Shown here piece after piece: positions 1 through 12,368 of a stretch of DNA of 32,000 nt. The stretch spans positions 3,540,001 to 3,572,000 of the forward strand of contig NC_000964.3 of NCBI RefSeq assembly GCF_000009045.1. The letters are read 5' to 3'. The notes under the pieces are model-generated. The model made no database searches, was not told the DNA's origin, and saw only the letters and a program-made list of their open reading frames with translations. The stretch comes from Bacillus subtilis subsp. subtilis str. 168. Its GTDB lineage: Bacteria > Bacillota > Bacilli > Bacillales > Bacillaceae. The position numbers were made by a program, and so were the translations under genes. The stretch's first letter is position 1, and each line of letters opens with the position of its first letter.

Positions 1-13
1 GGATATTGCGGTC

Positions 14-727
14 ATGCTCGGGTTAGGCTGGCTTGCAACGCTTGTCATTTTAGACGCCATTCTGTCTCCCGGAGGAAACGGGAATATCTTTATGAATACG
101 ACATCCCGCCTTGTTTACGCCTGGGCGCGTAACGGCACATTATTTGGCATATTCTCAAAGGTCAATAAAGATACGGGGACACCCCGCGCTTCGCTTTGGC
201 TTTCGTTTGCCCTGTCCATTTTCTGGACACTTCCCTTTCCTTCGTGGAACGCGCTCGTCAATGTCTGTTCAGTCGCGCTCATTCTTTCATATGCGATTGC
301 ACCCATTTCTTCAGCTGCGCTGAGGGTCAACGCGAAGGACTTAAACAGGCCGTTTTATTTAAAGGGAATGAGCATTATCGGGCCGCTTTCCTTTATATTT
401 ACAGCGTTTATCGTGTACTGGTCAGGATGGAAAACAGTCTCCTGGCTGCTCGGTTCACAACTCGTGATGTTTTTGATCTATCTCTGTTTCAGCAAATATA
501 CGCCTAAAGAAGATGTCAGCCTTGCTCAGCAGCTGAAATCAGCCTGGTGGCTTATCGGGTTTTATATTATGATGCTGATCTTTTCCTACATCGGTTCTTT
601 CGGACATGGTTTAGGGATTATCAGCAATCCCGTCGACCTCATTTTAGTCGCGATCGGCTCACTTGCGATTTATTACTGGGCAAAGTATACCGGGCTCCCA
701 AAAGCCGCCATTGATTATGATAAATAA
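14..727 (+). CDS. yveA: Amino-acid permease of the APC superfamily, C-terminal part (gene continues upstream of the window); YveA-like
   Basis: 237-aa membrane protein with 'GNGNIFMNTTSRLVYAWARNGTLFG' typical of APC transporters; located directly upstream of yvdT as in B. subtilis gene order. Confidence 0.75.
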   Translation: MLGLGWLATLVILDAILSPGGNGNIFMNTTSRLVYAWARNGTLFGIFSKVNKDTGTPRASLWLSFALSIFWTLPFPSWNALVNVCSVALILSYAIAPISSAALRVNAKDLNRPFYLKGMSIIGPLSFIFTAFIVYWSGWKTVSWLLGSQLVMFLIYLCFSKYTPKEDVSLAQQLKSAWWLIGFYIMMLIFSYIGSFGHGLGIISNPVDLILVAIGSLAIYYWAKYTGLPKAAIDYDK

Positions 728-754
728 AGAAGCAAGAGGTTTTCTTGCTTCTTT
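726..754 (+). terminator. Intrinsic terminator after yveA
   Basis: Inverted repeat AAAGAAGCAAG - AGGTTTT - CTTGCTTCTTT immediately after the stop codon. Confidence 0.8.
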
Positions 755-784
755 ATTCTTTACAAACAAACATACACGCGATAA

Positions 785-805
785 AATGAATGAGAGTCAG
801 TCATT
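785..805. promoter_or_regulatory. Candidate TetR-family operator upstream of yvdT (copy 1)
   Basis: AATGAATGA-GAG-TCAGTCATT, 8/9 symmetric half-sites, 17 nt upstream of the yvdT start; matching element at 1448-1468. Confidence 0.5.
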
Positions 806-821
806 ACTGGAGGTGTTCCTC

Positions 822-1406
822 ATGCCAAAACAAACATCGGGTAAATACGAAAAAATATTGCAGGCGGCCATAGAAGTCATTTCTGAAAAAGGCCTCGACA
901 AAGCTTCTATTTCTGATATTGTCAAAAAGGCCGGCACTGCCCAAGGAACATTCTATTTGTATTTTTCATCTAAAAATGCCCTCATACCGGCCATTGCAGA
1001 AAATCTCCTCACCCATACACTTGATCAAATCAAAGGTAGGCTCCATGGGGACGAGGATTTTTGGACCGTTTTAGATATATTAATTGATGAGACATTTCTC
1101 ATTACAGAACGCCATAAGGATATTATTGTCCTCTGTTATTCCGGGCTTGCGATCGACCACTCCATGGAAAAATGGGAGACGATCTATCAGCCTTATTATT
1201 CCTGGCTTGAAAAAATCATCAACAAGGCCATTGCAAACCATGAGGTAACGGAAGGAATCAATTCAAAATGGACGGCCAGAACGATTATCAACTTGGTCGA
1301 GAATACTGCGGAACGATTCTATATCGGATTTGAACAAGATGAAAATGTTGAAGTGTATAAAAAGGAAATTTTCACTTTCTTAAAACGGAGCTTAGGTACT
1401 GCTTAA
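822..1406 (+). CDS. yvdT: TetR/AcrR-family transcriptional regulator, 194 aa
   Basis: N-terminal HTH 'ILQAAIEVISEKGLDKASISDIVKKAGTAQGTFYLYFSSK'; ATG at 822 preceded by GGAGG. Confidence 0.9.
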   Translation: MPKQTSGKYEKILQAAIEVISEKGLDKASISDIVKKAGTAQGTFYLYFSSKNALIPAIAENLLTHTLDQIKGRLHGDEDFWTVLDILIDETFLITERHKDIIVLCYSGLAIDHSMEKWETIYQPYYSWLEKIINKAIANHEVTEGINSKWTARTIINLVENTAERFYIGFEQDENVEVYKKEIFTFLKRSLGTA

Positions 1407-1436
1407 AAAATGACTGGGTAACACCGCTCATTTTTT
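1405..1436 (+). terminator. Possible weak terminator between yvdT and yvdS
   Basis: AAAAAATGA...TCATTTTTT imperfect inverted repeat right after the yvdT stop. Confidence 0.4.
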
Positions 1437-1447
1437 AATGCCCTAAA

Positions 1448-1468
1448 AATGACTGACGTTCATTCATA
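1448..1468. promoter_or_regulatory. Candidate TetR-family operator upstream of the SMR pair (copy 2)
   Basis: AATGACTGA-CGT-TCATTCATA, same architecture as 785-805, 19 nt upstream of the TTG start of yvdS. Confidence 0.5.
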
Positions 1469-1487
1469 AAATAGAGAGGTGTTTCAT

Positions 1488-1823
1488 TTGAATTGGGTTC
1501 TTGTTTTTATTGCAGGGCTTTTAGAGGTTGTTTGGGCCTCTTCCCTCAAACATGCCGATTCGCTTTTGGATTGGATCATCATTTTTATCTTAATCGCGGT
1601 CAGCTTTATCCTGTTGATCCGCTCTTATCAAAAAATCCCGATGGCCGCGGCGTACACTGTGTTTGTGGGAATCGGAACCGTCGGAACATATCTGACTGGA
1701 ATTGTTCTGGGCGAATCCTTCTCAGCAGCCCAAATGTTCTTTTTAGCTTTATTGCTGGCTGGCATTTTAGGAATGAAATTATTTACGAAAGAAAGCAAAT
1801 CTCAGCCGGGAGGTGAAAAATAA
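1488..1823 (+). CDS. yvdS: Small multidrug resistance (SMR/EmrE-like) efflux subunit, 111 aa
   Basis: Four-TM SMR pattern 'NWVLVFIAGLLEVVWASSLKHA'; TTG start 9 nt after AGAGAGG. Confidence 0.88.
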   Translation: MNWVLVFIAGLLEVVWASSLKHADSLLDWIIIFILIAVSFILLIRSYQKIPMAAAYTVFVGIGTVGTYLTGIVLGESFSAAQMFFLALLLAGILGMKLFTKESKSQPGGEK

Positions 1824-2143
1824 TGGCATGGTTTTTATTAGTGATTGCCGGCATAGAAGAAATTATAGCTGCCATTGCCATGAAATATATAGACGGAACA
1901 AGAAAAAAATGGCCGATCATTGTGATGACTGTTGGATTCGGCTTATCCTTTTACTGCCTGTCCCAAGCGATGATCGTCCTGCCTGCCGGAGTCGCATATG
2001 CCGTCTGGACTGGCATTGGAAGCATTGGTGTTTCGGCGGTCGGGCTCATCTGGTTTAAGGAGCGGTTTCAGCTTTCACAGGTGATTTCACTTTGCCTTAT
2101 CCTAGCCGGCGTCATCGGCCTGCGTCTTACGTCATCTTCATAA
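1823..2143 (+). CDS. yvdR: Small multidrug resistance (SMR) efflux subunit, 106 aa
   Basis: 'MAWFLLVIAGIEEIIAAIAMKYI...AYAVWTGIG' SMR signature; start overlaps the upstream stop, implying heterodimer-type pairing. Confidence 0.88.
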   Translation: MAWFLLVIAGIEEIIAAIAMKYIDGTRKKWPIIVMTVGFGLSFYCLSQAMIVLPAGVAYAVWTGIGSIGVSAVGLIWFKERFQLSQVISLCLILAGVIGLRLTSSS

Positions 2144-2147
2144 AATC

Positions 2148-2173
2148 AAGGCATATACAGCTGTATATGCCTT
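2148..2173. terminator. Bidirectional terminator between yvdR and yvdQ
   Basis: Perfect palindrome AAGGCATATACAG|CTGTATATGCCTT between convergent genes. Confidence 0.8.
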
Positions 2174-2178
2174 TGCCA

Positions 2179-2691
2179 TTAAGCTTCGTGATGTTTTTGA
2201 AGATGAAGCGGCGGCGGGATGAGCCAGCCTTTGTTTTTTAGCAGCCTTAAGTATTTTGCGCCGGTTGCCGCTTTCGACATATGAAATTGCCCAAACATCA
2301 TGGCAATATCCTCACGAATCGATTGCCCCATCATTTTGCTGCATGTCACAAGACCTGCAGCATTTTCTGCTGCCGCGGAAGCCGCCACATCCGGATCGAG
2401 AAACCGTGCACCAGGCGGAATATCGTTAAGATCTGCTGTCGGCGGTTCAGGAGAAGCCGGCGGCAGCGCCACCCCGTTTTCTTTCAGGATCGTGCTGACC
2501 TGTTTGATTTCATCTTGGCATTTCTCAATAGACTCACGAAGCAGCTTCTTCAGGTCGTCATCACCGACATGATTCAATAGCATTTGGTAATTGCCGACCA
2601 TTTTATTGCCCGCCATCACATAACTCCACAAGCCGAATACCTCACCGTAATGCATCGGTTCATCCTGCGGATTTCCGCTTAAAATACCCAT
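2179..2691 (-). CDS. yvdQ: DUF3231-like ferritin-fold protein of unknown function, 170 aa
   Basis: 'MGILSGNPQDEPMHYGEVFGLWSYVMAGN...'; GGAGG 9 nt upstream of this ATG (an ATG 6 nt further upstream is too close to it). Confidence 0.75.
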   Translation of the reverse strand: MGILSGNPQDEPMHYGEVFGLWSYVMAGNKMVGNYQMLLNHVGDDDLKKLLRESIEKCQDEIKQVSTILKENGVALPPASPEPPTADLNDIPPGARFLDPDVAASAAAENAAGLVTCSKMMGQSIREDIAMMFGQFHMSKAATGAKYLRLLKNKGWLIPPPLHLQKHHEA

Positions 2692-2792
2692 GCTCATTCT
2701 CCTCCCATATTCAATATTGCACATTTCATAACGTGCCCAAGCGGAGGAACATTTATGTTTCAGCGGAAAAGATTTATGAAATGAAACAAAAC

Positions 2793-2900
2793 AAAAAAGA
2801 CAAGAGTGGCAAGTTGCCAAACCATTGTCTTTCCTGTTGTTTGATTGGACGCACTGAAGGGATTCGCACCCCGACAGACAAGATACCGGAAACCATTCAA
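2793..2900 (-). repeat. Degenerate copy of the 3' half of tRNA-Arg(CCG) plus its terminator (att-like direct repeat, left copy)
   Basis: 'aaaaaagacaagagtggcaagttgccaaaccattgtctttcctgttgtttgattggacgcactgaagggattcgcaccccgacagacaagataccggaaacca' aligns to 5832-5938 with about 14-16 differences by hand alignment. Confidence 0.85.
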
Positions 2901-2942
2901 GTGCTTTTTAGTATGAGTCATTGATTCTGTCTTTAATAAACT

Positions 2943-4286
2943 TTAACGAGATGGCGGGATGCTTTGCGGAAAACGAAATACATTTTCGGGGTCATATTTC
3001 GCCTTTATTTCTCGAAGCCGCGCAAAGTTTGCGCCATAATATTCTTTTCCGAAGTTTTCAATGTTTTGATCTGGAACATTAACATATGAACCTGCTACAT
3101 ATGGTTGCATCAGCTGACGCACTCTTTCAACTGATGCAAGATTTGAATCTTCTTGTGATTTATTTTTCCAACTAGCCGTCCATTCCGTATAAAATAATGG
3201 ATGGCGCCAAAAAAAGGCAGTTTCGTCTTTAGGGACTCTGCTTATAGCACCACCCCAATTGATAAAAAAGAAATTGGCTTCTGTTCCAGTAGCATCTTCC
3301 AAAAATTTTCTCATGATTGAAATGGGTTCGTCAGACCAAAAATCATGACCCCATGCCGAGGAGAATTTAACACTCTGATCATTTCTGCCAGGGATGGGTT
3401 CGTCAGGGTCTAAGAAATCTATAGCATCTGGATAGTATAATGTTTTGATATCTGCTTCTGTTGGAGTTCCCGCATGTAATAAAGGTTTTAATAATCGAAT
3501 CAATTCAGTTTTCGAACCGAGGAAAATTCCTTCTGCATGACACAAACCATTTATTTTGCTGTAAATTTCAAGGTAGCATCCTAATCGTTCATCTACAAAC
3601 GGAGCCCATTTCTGCCAAGCTTTAAATACCGTTTCTAATTGTTCCCACGGCCAGATAATATTGAAGACGGTTGCAGTTTTAGGGGCACGATGAACTTTGA
3701 ATGTATATTGGGTATTATATCCAAAGTTACCTCCTCCTCCGCCTCTAGAAGCCCATAGCAAATCCTCATTGTGAGATTGATCTGCGTGAATAATCCTTCC
3801 TTTTGCATCTACCGTTTTCAGCGCGAGAAGGTTATCACTTATAAGGCCAATCGATCGTGAGAGTACACCAAATCCGCCGCCCATCGTAATTCCCCCGATT
3901 CCAACTGTTGGGCTATCTCCAAACGGAGCCATAAAACCGTCTCGAGCTAATCCCTTTACAAGCGGGCCAACGGGAATACCAGTTTGAACGGTTGCAATAG
4001 CGTTTTCTTCATCTAAGAAAACTTTATTCATGTCACTCACATCAATAACAATTCCTCCACTTACTACTGAAAGGTTCTTATCTAAAGCATGGCGACCGCT
4101 TCTGACACGTAAGGGCACTTTATTCTCACGAGCCCATTTAATGGCATTACTTACATCGTATGAATTTTGCGCAAAAACAAAGACAAGAGGATAGACATCC
4201 ACATAAGGGTTCCAATTCTTAATAGCCTCTGTATAGCCGGGGTCTCCTTTGAAGATTACACGCCCTGTCAACTGTGTTGATCCCAT
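2943..4286 (-). CDS. cotQ: FAD-linked oxidase of the berberine-bridge family (BBE), spore coat protein CotQ, 447 aa
   Basis: FAD_binding_4 motifs 'RVRSGRHALDKNLSVVSGGIVIDVSDMNK', 'GGGFGVLSRSIGL', C-terminal BBE motif 'YYGANFARLREIKAKYDPENVFRFPQSI'. Confidence 0.9.
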   Translation of the reverse strand: MGSTQLTGRVIFKGDPGYTEAIKNWNPYVDVYPLVFVFAQNSYDVSNAIKWARENKVPLRVRSGRHALDKNLSVVSGGIVIDVSDMNKVFLDEENAIATVQTGIPVGPLVKGLARDGFMAPFGDSPTVGIGGITMGGGFGVLSRSIGLISDNLLALKTVDAKGRIIHADQSHNEDLLWASRGGGGGNFGYNTQYTFKVHRAPKTATVFNIIWPWEQLETVFKAWQKWAPFVDERLGCYLEIYSKINGLCHAEGIFLGSKTELIRLLKPLLHAGTPTEADIKTLYYPDAIDFLDPDEPIPGRNDQSVKFSSAWGHDFWSDEPISIMRKFLEDATGTEANFFFINWGGAISRVPKDETAFFWRHPLFYTEWTASWKNKSQEDSNLASVERVRQLMQPYVAGSYVNVPDQNIENFGKEYYGANFARLREIKAKYDPENVFRFPQSIPPSR

Positions 4287-4323
4287 ATATTATTTCACTC
4301 CCAAAGAAATTCGATTCAGATAC

Positions 4324-4332
4324 TAAAATATG
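4324..4332 (-). promoter_or_regulatory. Possible mother-cell sigma (SigE/SigK-type) -10 element for cotQ
   Basis: Minus-strand CATATTTTA matches CATANNNTA 38 nt upstream of cotQ; no clear -35 match. Confidence 0.3.
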
Positions 4333-4641
4333 CAGGAGCTGGATAATCGCATAGACAAATGATCTACGAACTATAAATATAATACGCTAAGGCCTTTTTC
4401 GTCGGTGAGGTCTGCTGAGAAACATTTTTCAAACAATTTTGAGCAAACTTCCTGTCCAATCCTCCAACAAGCGTTTTTTCTTATCGTTTTTAGGAGCAGT
4501 GTCCAGTTTTTTTCGGAGTGAATATTCGTTTAGGCCAAAAGAAAAGAGAGATGAAGAAGTGTTTAGTACCAGAGGTATACATCCATACAACAGACTCTAG
4601 ATCATCATATACTGAATGTATGTAGAAAGGAGACATCAGCT

Positions 4642-5604
4642 TTGGCAAAATATCGGATTATGACCTTTGACGGCGGCGGTACCTTAGGTGCTTTAAGTTT
4701 ACAACTATTAAACAGATTGGCTAGGCAAAACCCGAAGTTAATTAGTCGAACCCATGTATTTTCGGGAAATTCAATCGGTTCATTTACTGCCCTTGCATTA
4801 GCAAGCGGAAGATCTCCGAGGGAAACACTTCAGTATTTTGAGGATGAAATCCTACCCGCATTCAGCATTTCCCGGCCAGGCGGACCTGTTTTCAACCAAC
4901 AATTACCCTATTCCGGTTTTATTAAAGCGGTAAGAAATTTTTTCCCAGCAGATCTTCAACTTATAGATTTAAGAAAACGAATTGTTGTCCCATCATTCAA
5001 ATTATACTCTCAAAAACTGGACCGTTGGACTCCTGTCTTATTTCACAATTTTCCCGGCTCTCCCTATTTAAATGAAAAAGTGAGTGATGTCATACTGCGG
5101 AGCAGCGGTGCTCCCGCGACGCAACGCGCCTATCAAAACTATGTGGACGGATATGTAGTAGCAACGAATCCCAGTACAGCCAGTATCGCGTTTGCAGTTG
5201 GTAAAGCCAACGTGCCATTGGATCAAATTGCGGTATTGTCCATCGGAACAGGTGAAGCCCCGACTCGGTTAAGAAGAGATACGAGGGGATGGGGAATGGT
5301 AAGTGCAGATAACATACGTCCCGAAAATCTGAAGAACCTTCCTCCAAATTGGGGAGTCCTTTTGGACAGGTCGCCTAATGAACCTTTACTGCCATTTCTT
5401 CAGATGATTGCTGGCGGTAATGGGTACTATGAATCCATGGTCAGTGCGAATCTTCTGGGAGATCGTTTTTTCCGGTTAGATCCGCGGATTCCGAACTTCT
5501 CCAAAACGGACCCTGCCGTCGTTCCCGCTGTCATTGAAATTGCGAACAAAACAAACTTACAGCCTGCGAATCAATTTATAGAGAAGAACTGGGGGAGCAA
5601 ATAA
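4642..5604 (+). CDS. yvdO: Patatin-like phospholipase family protein, 320 aa
   Basis: 'FDGGGTLGALSLQLLNRL' oxyanion loop, 'GNSIGS' (GXSXG) nucleophile elbow, 'VDGYVVATNPS' catalytic Asp block; TTG start preceded by AAAGGAG. Confidence 0.82.
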   Translation: MAKYRIMTFDGGGTLGALSLQLLNRLARQNPKLISRTHVFSGNSIGSFTALALASGRSPRETLQYFEDEILPAFSISRPGGPVFNQQLPYSGFIKAVRNFFPADLQLIDLRKRIVVPSFKLYSQKLDRWTPVLFHNFPGSPYLNEKVSDVILRSSGAPATQRAYQNYVDGYVVATNPSTASIAFAVGKANVPLDQIAVLSIGTGEAPTRLRRDTRGWGMVSADNIRPENLKNLPPNWGVLLDRSPNEPLLPFLQMIAGGNGYYESMVSANLLGDRFFRLDPRIPNFSKTDPAVVPAVIEIANKTNLQPANQFIEKNWGSK

Positions 5605-5830
5605 TTATTTATTTTAAATCAATTCTCGCTTATACAATTTTGTCCGAGAGAAGATTCTCAAAATAAATACAGGCAATGGGTAGAACCGGATTTTTTTAAA
5701 GGTTTGTTAATCACAAGCTAATAAGATGAATGAAAAAATCAATTCATACTTCTTCTTTTGAAAGTGAGGGTTCAAACTAAAGAATGTAATTGAAATGTTA
5801 CTCTAAGGTATGCAATTCCCTTTTTCACAC

Positions 5831-5871
5831 AAAAAAAGACAAGAGCGGCAAATCGCCAAACCCTTGTCTTT
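5831..5871 (-). terminator. Intrinsic terminator of tRNA-Arg
   Basis: Minus-strand AAAGACAAG...GGC-GATTT-GCC...CTTGTCTTTTTTT. Confidence 0.8.
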
Positions 5872-5938
5872 CCTGTTGTTCTATTGGACGCGCTCGGAGG
5901 GATTCGAACCCCCGACAGACGTGGTACCGGAAACCACC
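5832..5938 (-). repeat. Right copy of the att-like direct repeat (3' half of tRNA-Arg + terminator)
   Basis: Matches 2793-2900 from the terminator to the anticodon loop. Confidence 0.85.
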
Positions 5939-5964
5939 GCTCTATCCAACTGAGCTACGAGCGC
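5889..5964 (-). tRNA. trnQ-Arg: tRNA-Arg, anticodon CCG
   Basis: Minus strand GCGCTCG-TA-GCTC-AGTTGGATA-GAGC-G-GTGGT-TTCCGGT-ACCAC-GTCTGTC-GGGGG-TTCGAAT-CCCTC-CGAGCGC-G folds as a cloverleaf; anticodon loop TTCCGGT. Confidence 0.96.
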
Positions 5965-6095
5965 ATATAGACTGCGTTATGAGAACGTCAGCACAACTAA
6001 TTATACGATAATTCCTTTCAAATAACAACCCTCTATTTCGAGAGGCCGTTTTTTAAATAGACAAAGCATCTTAATTGGCAATCTGACATACGATG

Positions 6096-6121
6096 GTTTG
6101 AACCCCTGTATTTTTGGGGAA
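6096..6121 (+). promoter_or_regulatory. Candidate SigB promoter of clpP
   Basis: GTTTGA-N14-GGGGAA resembles the SigB consensus GTTTAA-N12-14-GGGTAT. Confidence 0.55.
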
Positions 6122-6164
6122 AATGGGAAAAAGAGACGACTTTGCATATCAGGCCAGCTTTTTG

Positions 6165-6181
6165 TTTGACCTTTATTGACC
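6165..6181 (+). promoter_or_regulatory. CtsR operator overlapping the SigA -35 of clpP
   Basis: TTTGACCTTTATTGACC is the reverse-complement form of the CtsR heptad repeat (RGTCAAANANRGTCAAA); TTGACC within it can serve as the -35. Confidence 0.75.
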
Positions 6182-6233
6182 AAAAATGTATCATGTAACT
6201 ACATACTTACCTAAAAGGTGAAGGAGGAGCATT

Positions 6234-6827
6234 ATGAATTTAATACCTACAGTCATTGAACAAACGAACCGCGGGGAAAGAGCGTATGACATTTATTCTC
6301 GTCTATTAAAGGATCGTATCATCATGCTTGGATCTGCGATTGATGACAACGTTGCGAACTCCATCGTGTCACAGCTTTTATTCTTAGCAGCAGAAGACCC
6401 TGAAAAAGAAATTTCTCTTTACATCAACAGCCCGGGCGGCTCTATTACAGCCGGTATGGCGATCTATGATACCATGCAGTTTATTAAGCCGAAGGTATCT
6501 ACAATTTGTATCGGTATGGCTGCGTCAATGGGCGCGTTCCTGCTTGCAGCCGGCGAAAAAGGCAAACGCTATGCGCTTCCAAACAGTGAAGTCATGATTC
6601 ACCAGCCTCTTGGCGGTGCGCAAGGTCAAGCGACAGAAATTGAAATTGCTGCGAAACGCATTCTCTTGCTTCGCGACAAATTAAACAAAGTCCTAGCTGA
6701 ACGTACTGGCCAGCCGCTTGAAGTGATCGAACGCGACACAGACCGTGATAACTTCAAGTCTGCTGAAGAAGCGCTTGAATACGGCCTGATTGACAAAATT
6801 TTGACTCACACAGAAGACAAAAAGTAA
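6234..6827 (+). CDS. clpP: ATP-dependent Clp protease proteolytic subunit, 197 aa
   Basis: '[30 protein letters not shown]...[14 protein letters not shown]...[20 protein letters not shown]' with Ser/His active-site motifs. Confidence 0.99.
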   Translation: MNLIPTVIEQTNRGERAYDIYSRLLKDRIIMLGSAIDDNVANSIVSQLLFLAAEDPEKEISLYINSPGGSITAGMAIYDTMQFIKPKVSTICIGMAASMGAFLLAAGEKGKRYALPNSEVMIHQPLGGAQGQATEIEIAAKRILLLRDKLNKVLAERTGQPLEVIERDTDRDNFKSAEEALEYGLIDKILTHTEDKK

Positions 6828-6835
6828 TAACACAA

Positions 6836-6868
6836 CCTGCAAGAGCTGCGTCTCTTGCAGGTTTTTTT
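6836..6868 (+). terminator. Intrinsic terminator of clpP
   Basis: CCTGCAAGAG-CTGCGT-CTCTTGCAGG followed by TTTTTTT. Confidence 0.9.
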
Positions 6869-6872
6869 CATT

Positions 6873-11478
<4,606 letters not shown>

Positions 11479-11501
<23 letters not shown>

Positions 11502-12363
11502 CATTTCCTCCCGAATGTAAGTTTCCATTATCACGGCGGGTTTTGGTCAAATATCTAAATGCAAAAGAGATCATCAAAGTAACGCCACACGAATGGATCA
11601 TCAATACAGTAATCAAATCAAAATGAACCATGCCGATAGCAGCTGCCGCAAATGCCGGCAGTGCTGATGCGCAAATCGCTATAGAGGCCGCTTCCTTGAA
11701 TGATGCAATAGAGACCATGTTTGATATTTTTGTGATCCAGAGGCCACCTGCAAGAACAAACGTTAACAAAAGCTGGATCATAGAAACCACCGTATATGCC
11801 AGCATCATGATCATCGGCTTATACTGTGCCAACCACAATGTATCGATCAAGACCTCTACATCATGGACGTTTGGTTTCTCGAGCTTAACGTCCATTTTCG
11901 CATAGCCAACAGAAAACCCCGTTTCGTTTTGATCGGTGATCACCAGTTGATCAGGTTGAAATATGATGGCGTTTTCAAATCCAGTTACTTTCAATCGCCC
12001 ATTTTCACCGCTTGTCTCATATTCATGCTTCATATCGACTGCCATCACATTCTGCCCATCTTCAATCCTCTCAGAGCTCTTCCCGCCTGTTAGTTTTCCG
12101 TTCCTGATTTGAAAACCCTGCAATTGATCAGCAAATTGATCATTAACTCCTTGAATCGCTGACGGCATGAAAGATGAAACGCTGAAGCGATCCATTTTCA
12201 CAAACGAAACCGCTAACGGCGCCATTAAGCAGGCCGTTAAAAACAGAAAGAGAAAAGAGAGCTGCAGCCAGCTGAAGGTATTCCCATAGCGGCAAACACC
12301 TGATGGGGATGCAGCCGCCTTCAGGCAGCGGATGATAAAGCTTTTATTCTCCAGATTCTTCAT
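11479..12363 (-). CDS. yvdJ: Membrane protein of DUF1189 type, maltodextrin operon, 294 aa
   Basis: Multiple TM segments with a '[16 protein letters not shown]...' N-terminal region; placed between mdxG and yvdK. Confidence 0.75.
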
Positions 12364-12368
12364 TGGCA

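Noticed and set aside
111-507. Overlapping ORFs in other frames of the permease gene
   Set aside because: Low-complexity alternate-frame translations of yveA.
2733-2924. ORF MPKRRNIYVSAEKIY... (63 aa)
   Set aside because: It translates the decayed tRNA/terminator repeat; the analogous ORF 5790-6011 translates antisense through the real tRNA.
4642-5604. Patatin-like YvdO as a CBASS-like or abortive-infection effector
   Set aside because: No cyclase, sensor, reverse transcriptase or other defence partner is nearby; the neighbour is a spore-coat oxidase.
6090-6110. Second tRNA T-arm-like string 'ggtttgaacccctg' near clpP
   Set aside because: No acceptor or anticodon sequence around it; better explained as the GTTTGA element of a SigB-type promoter.
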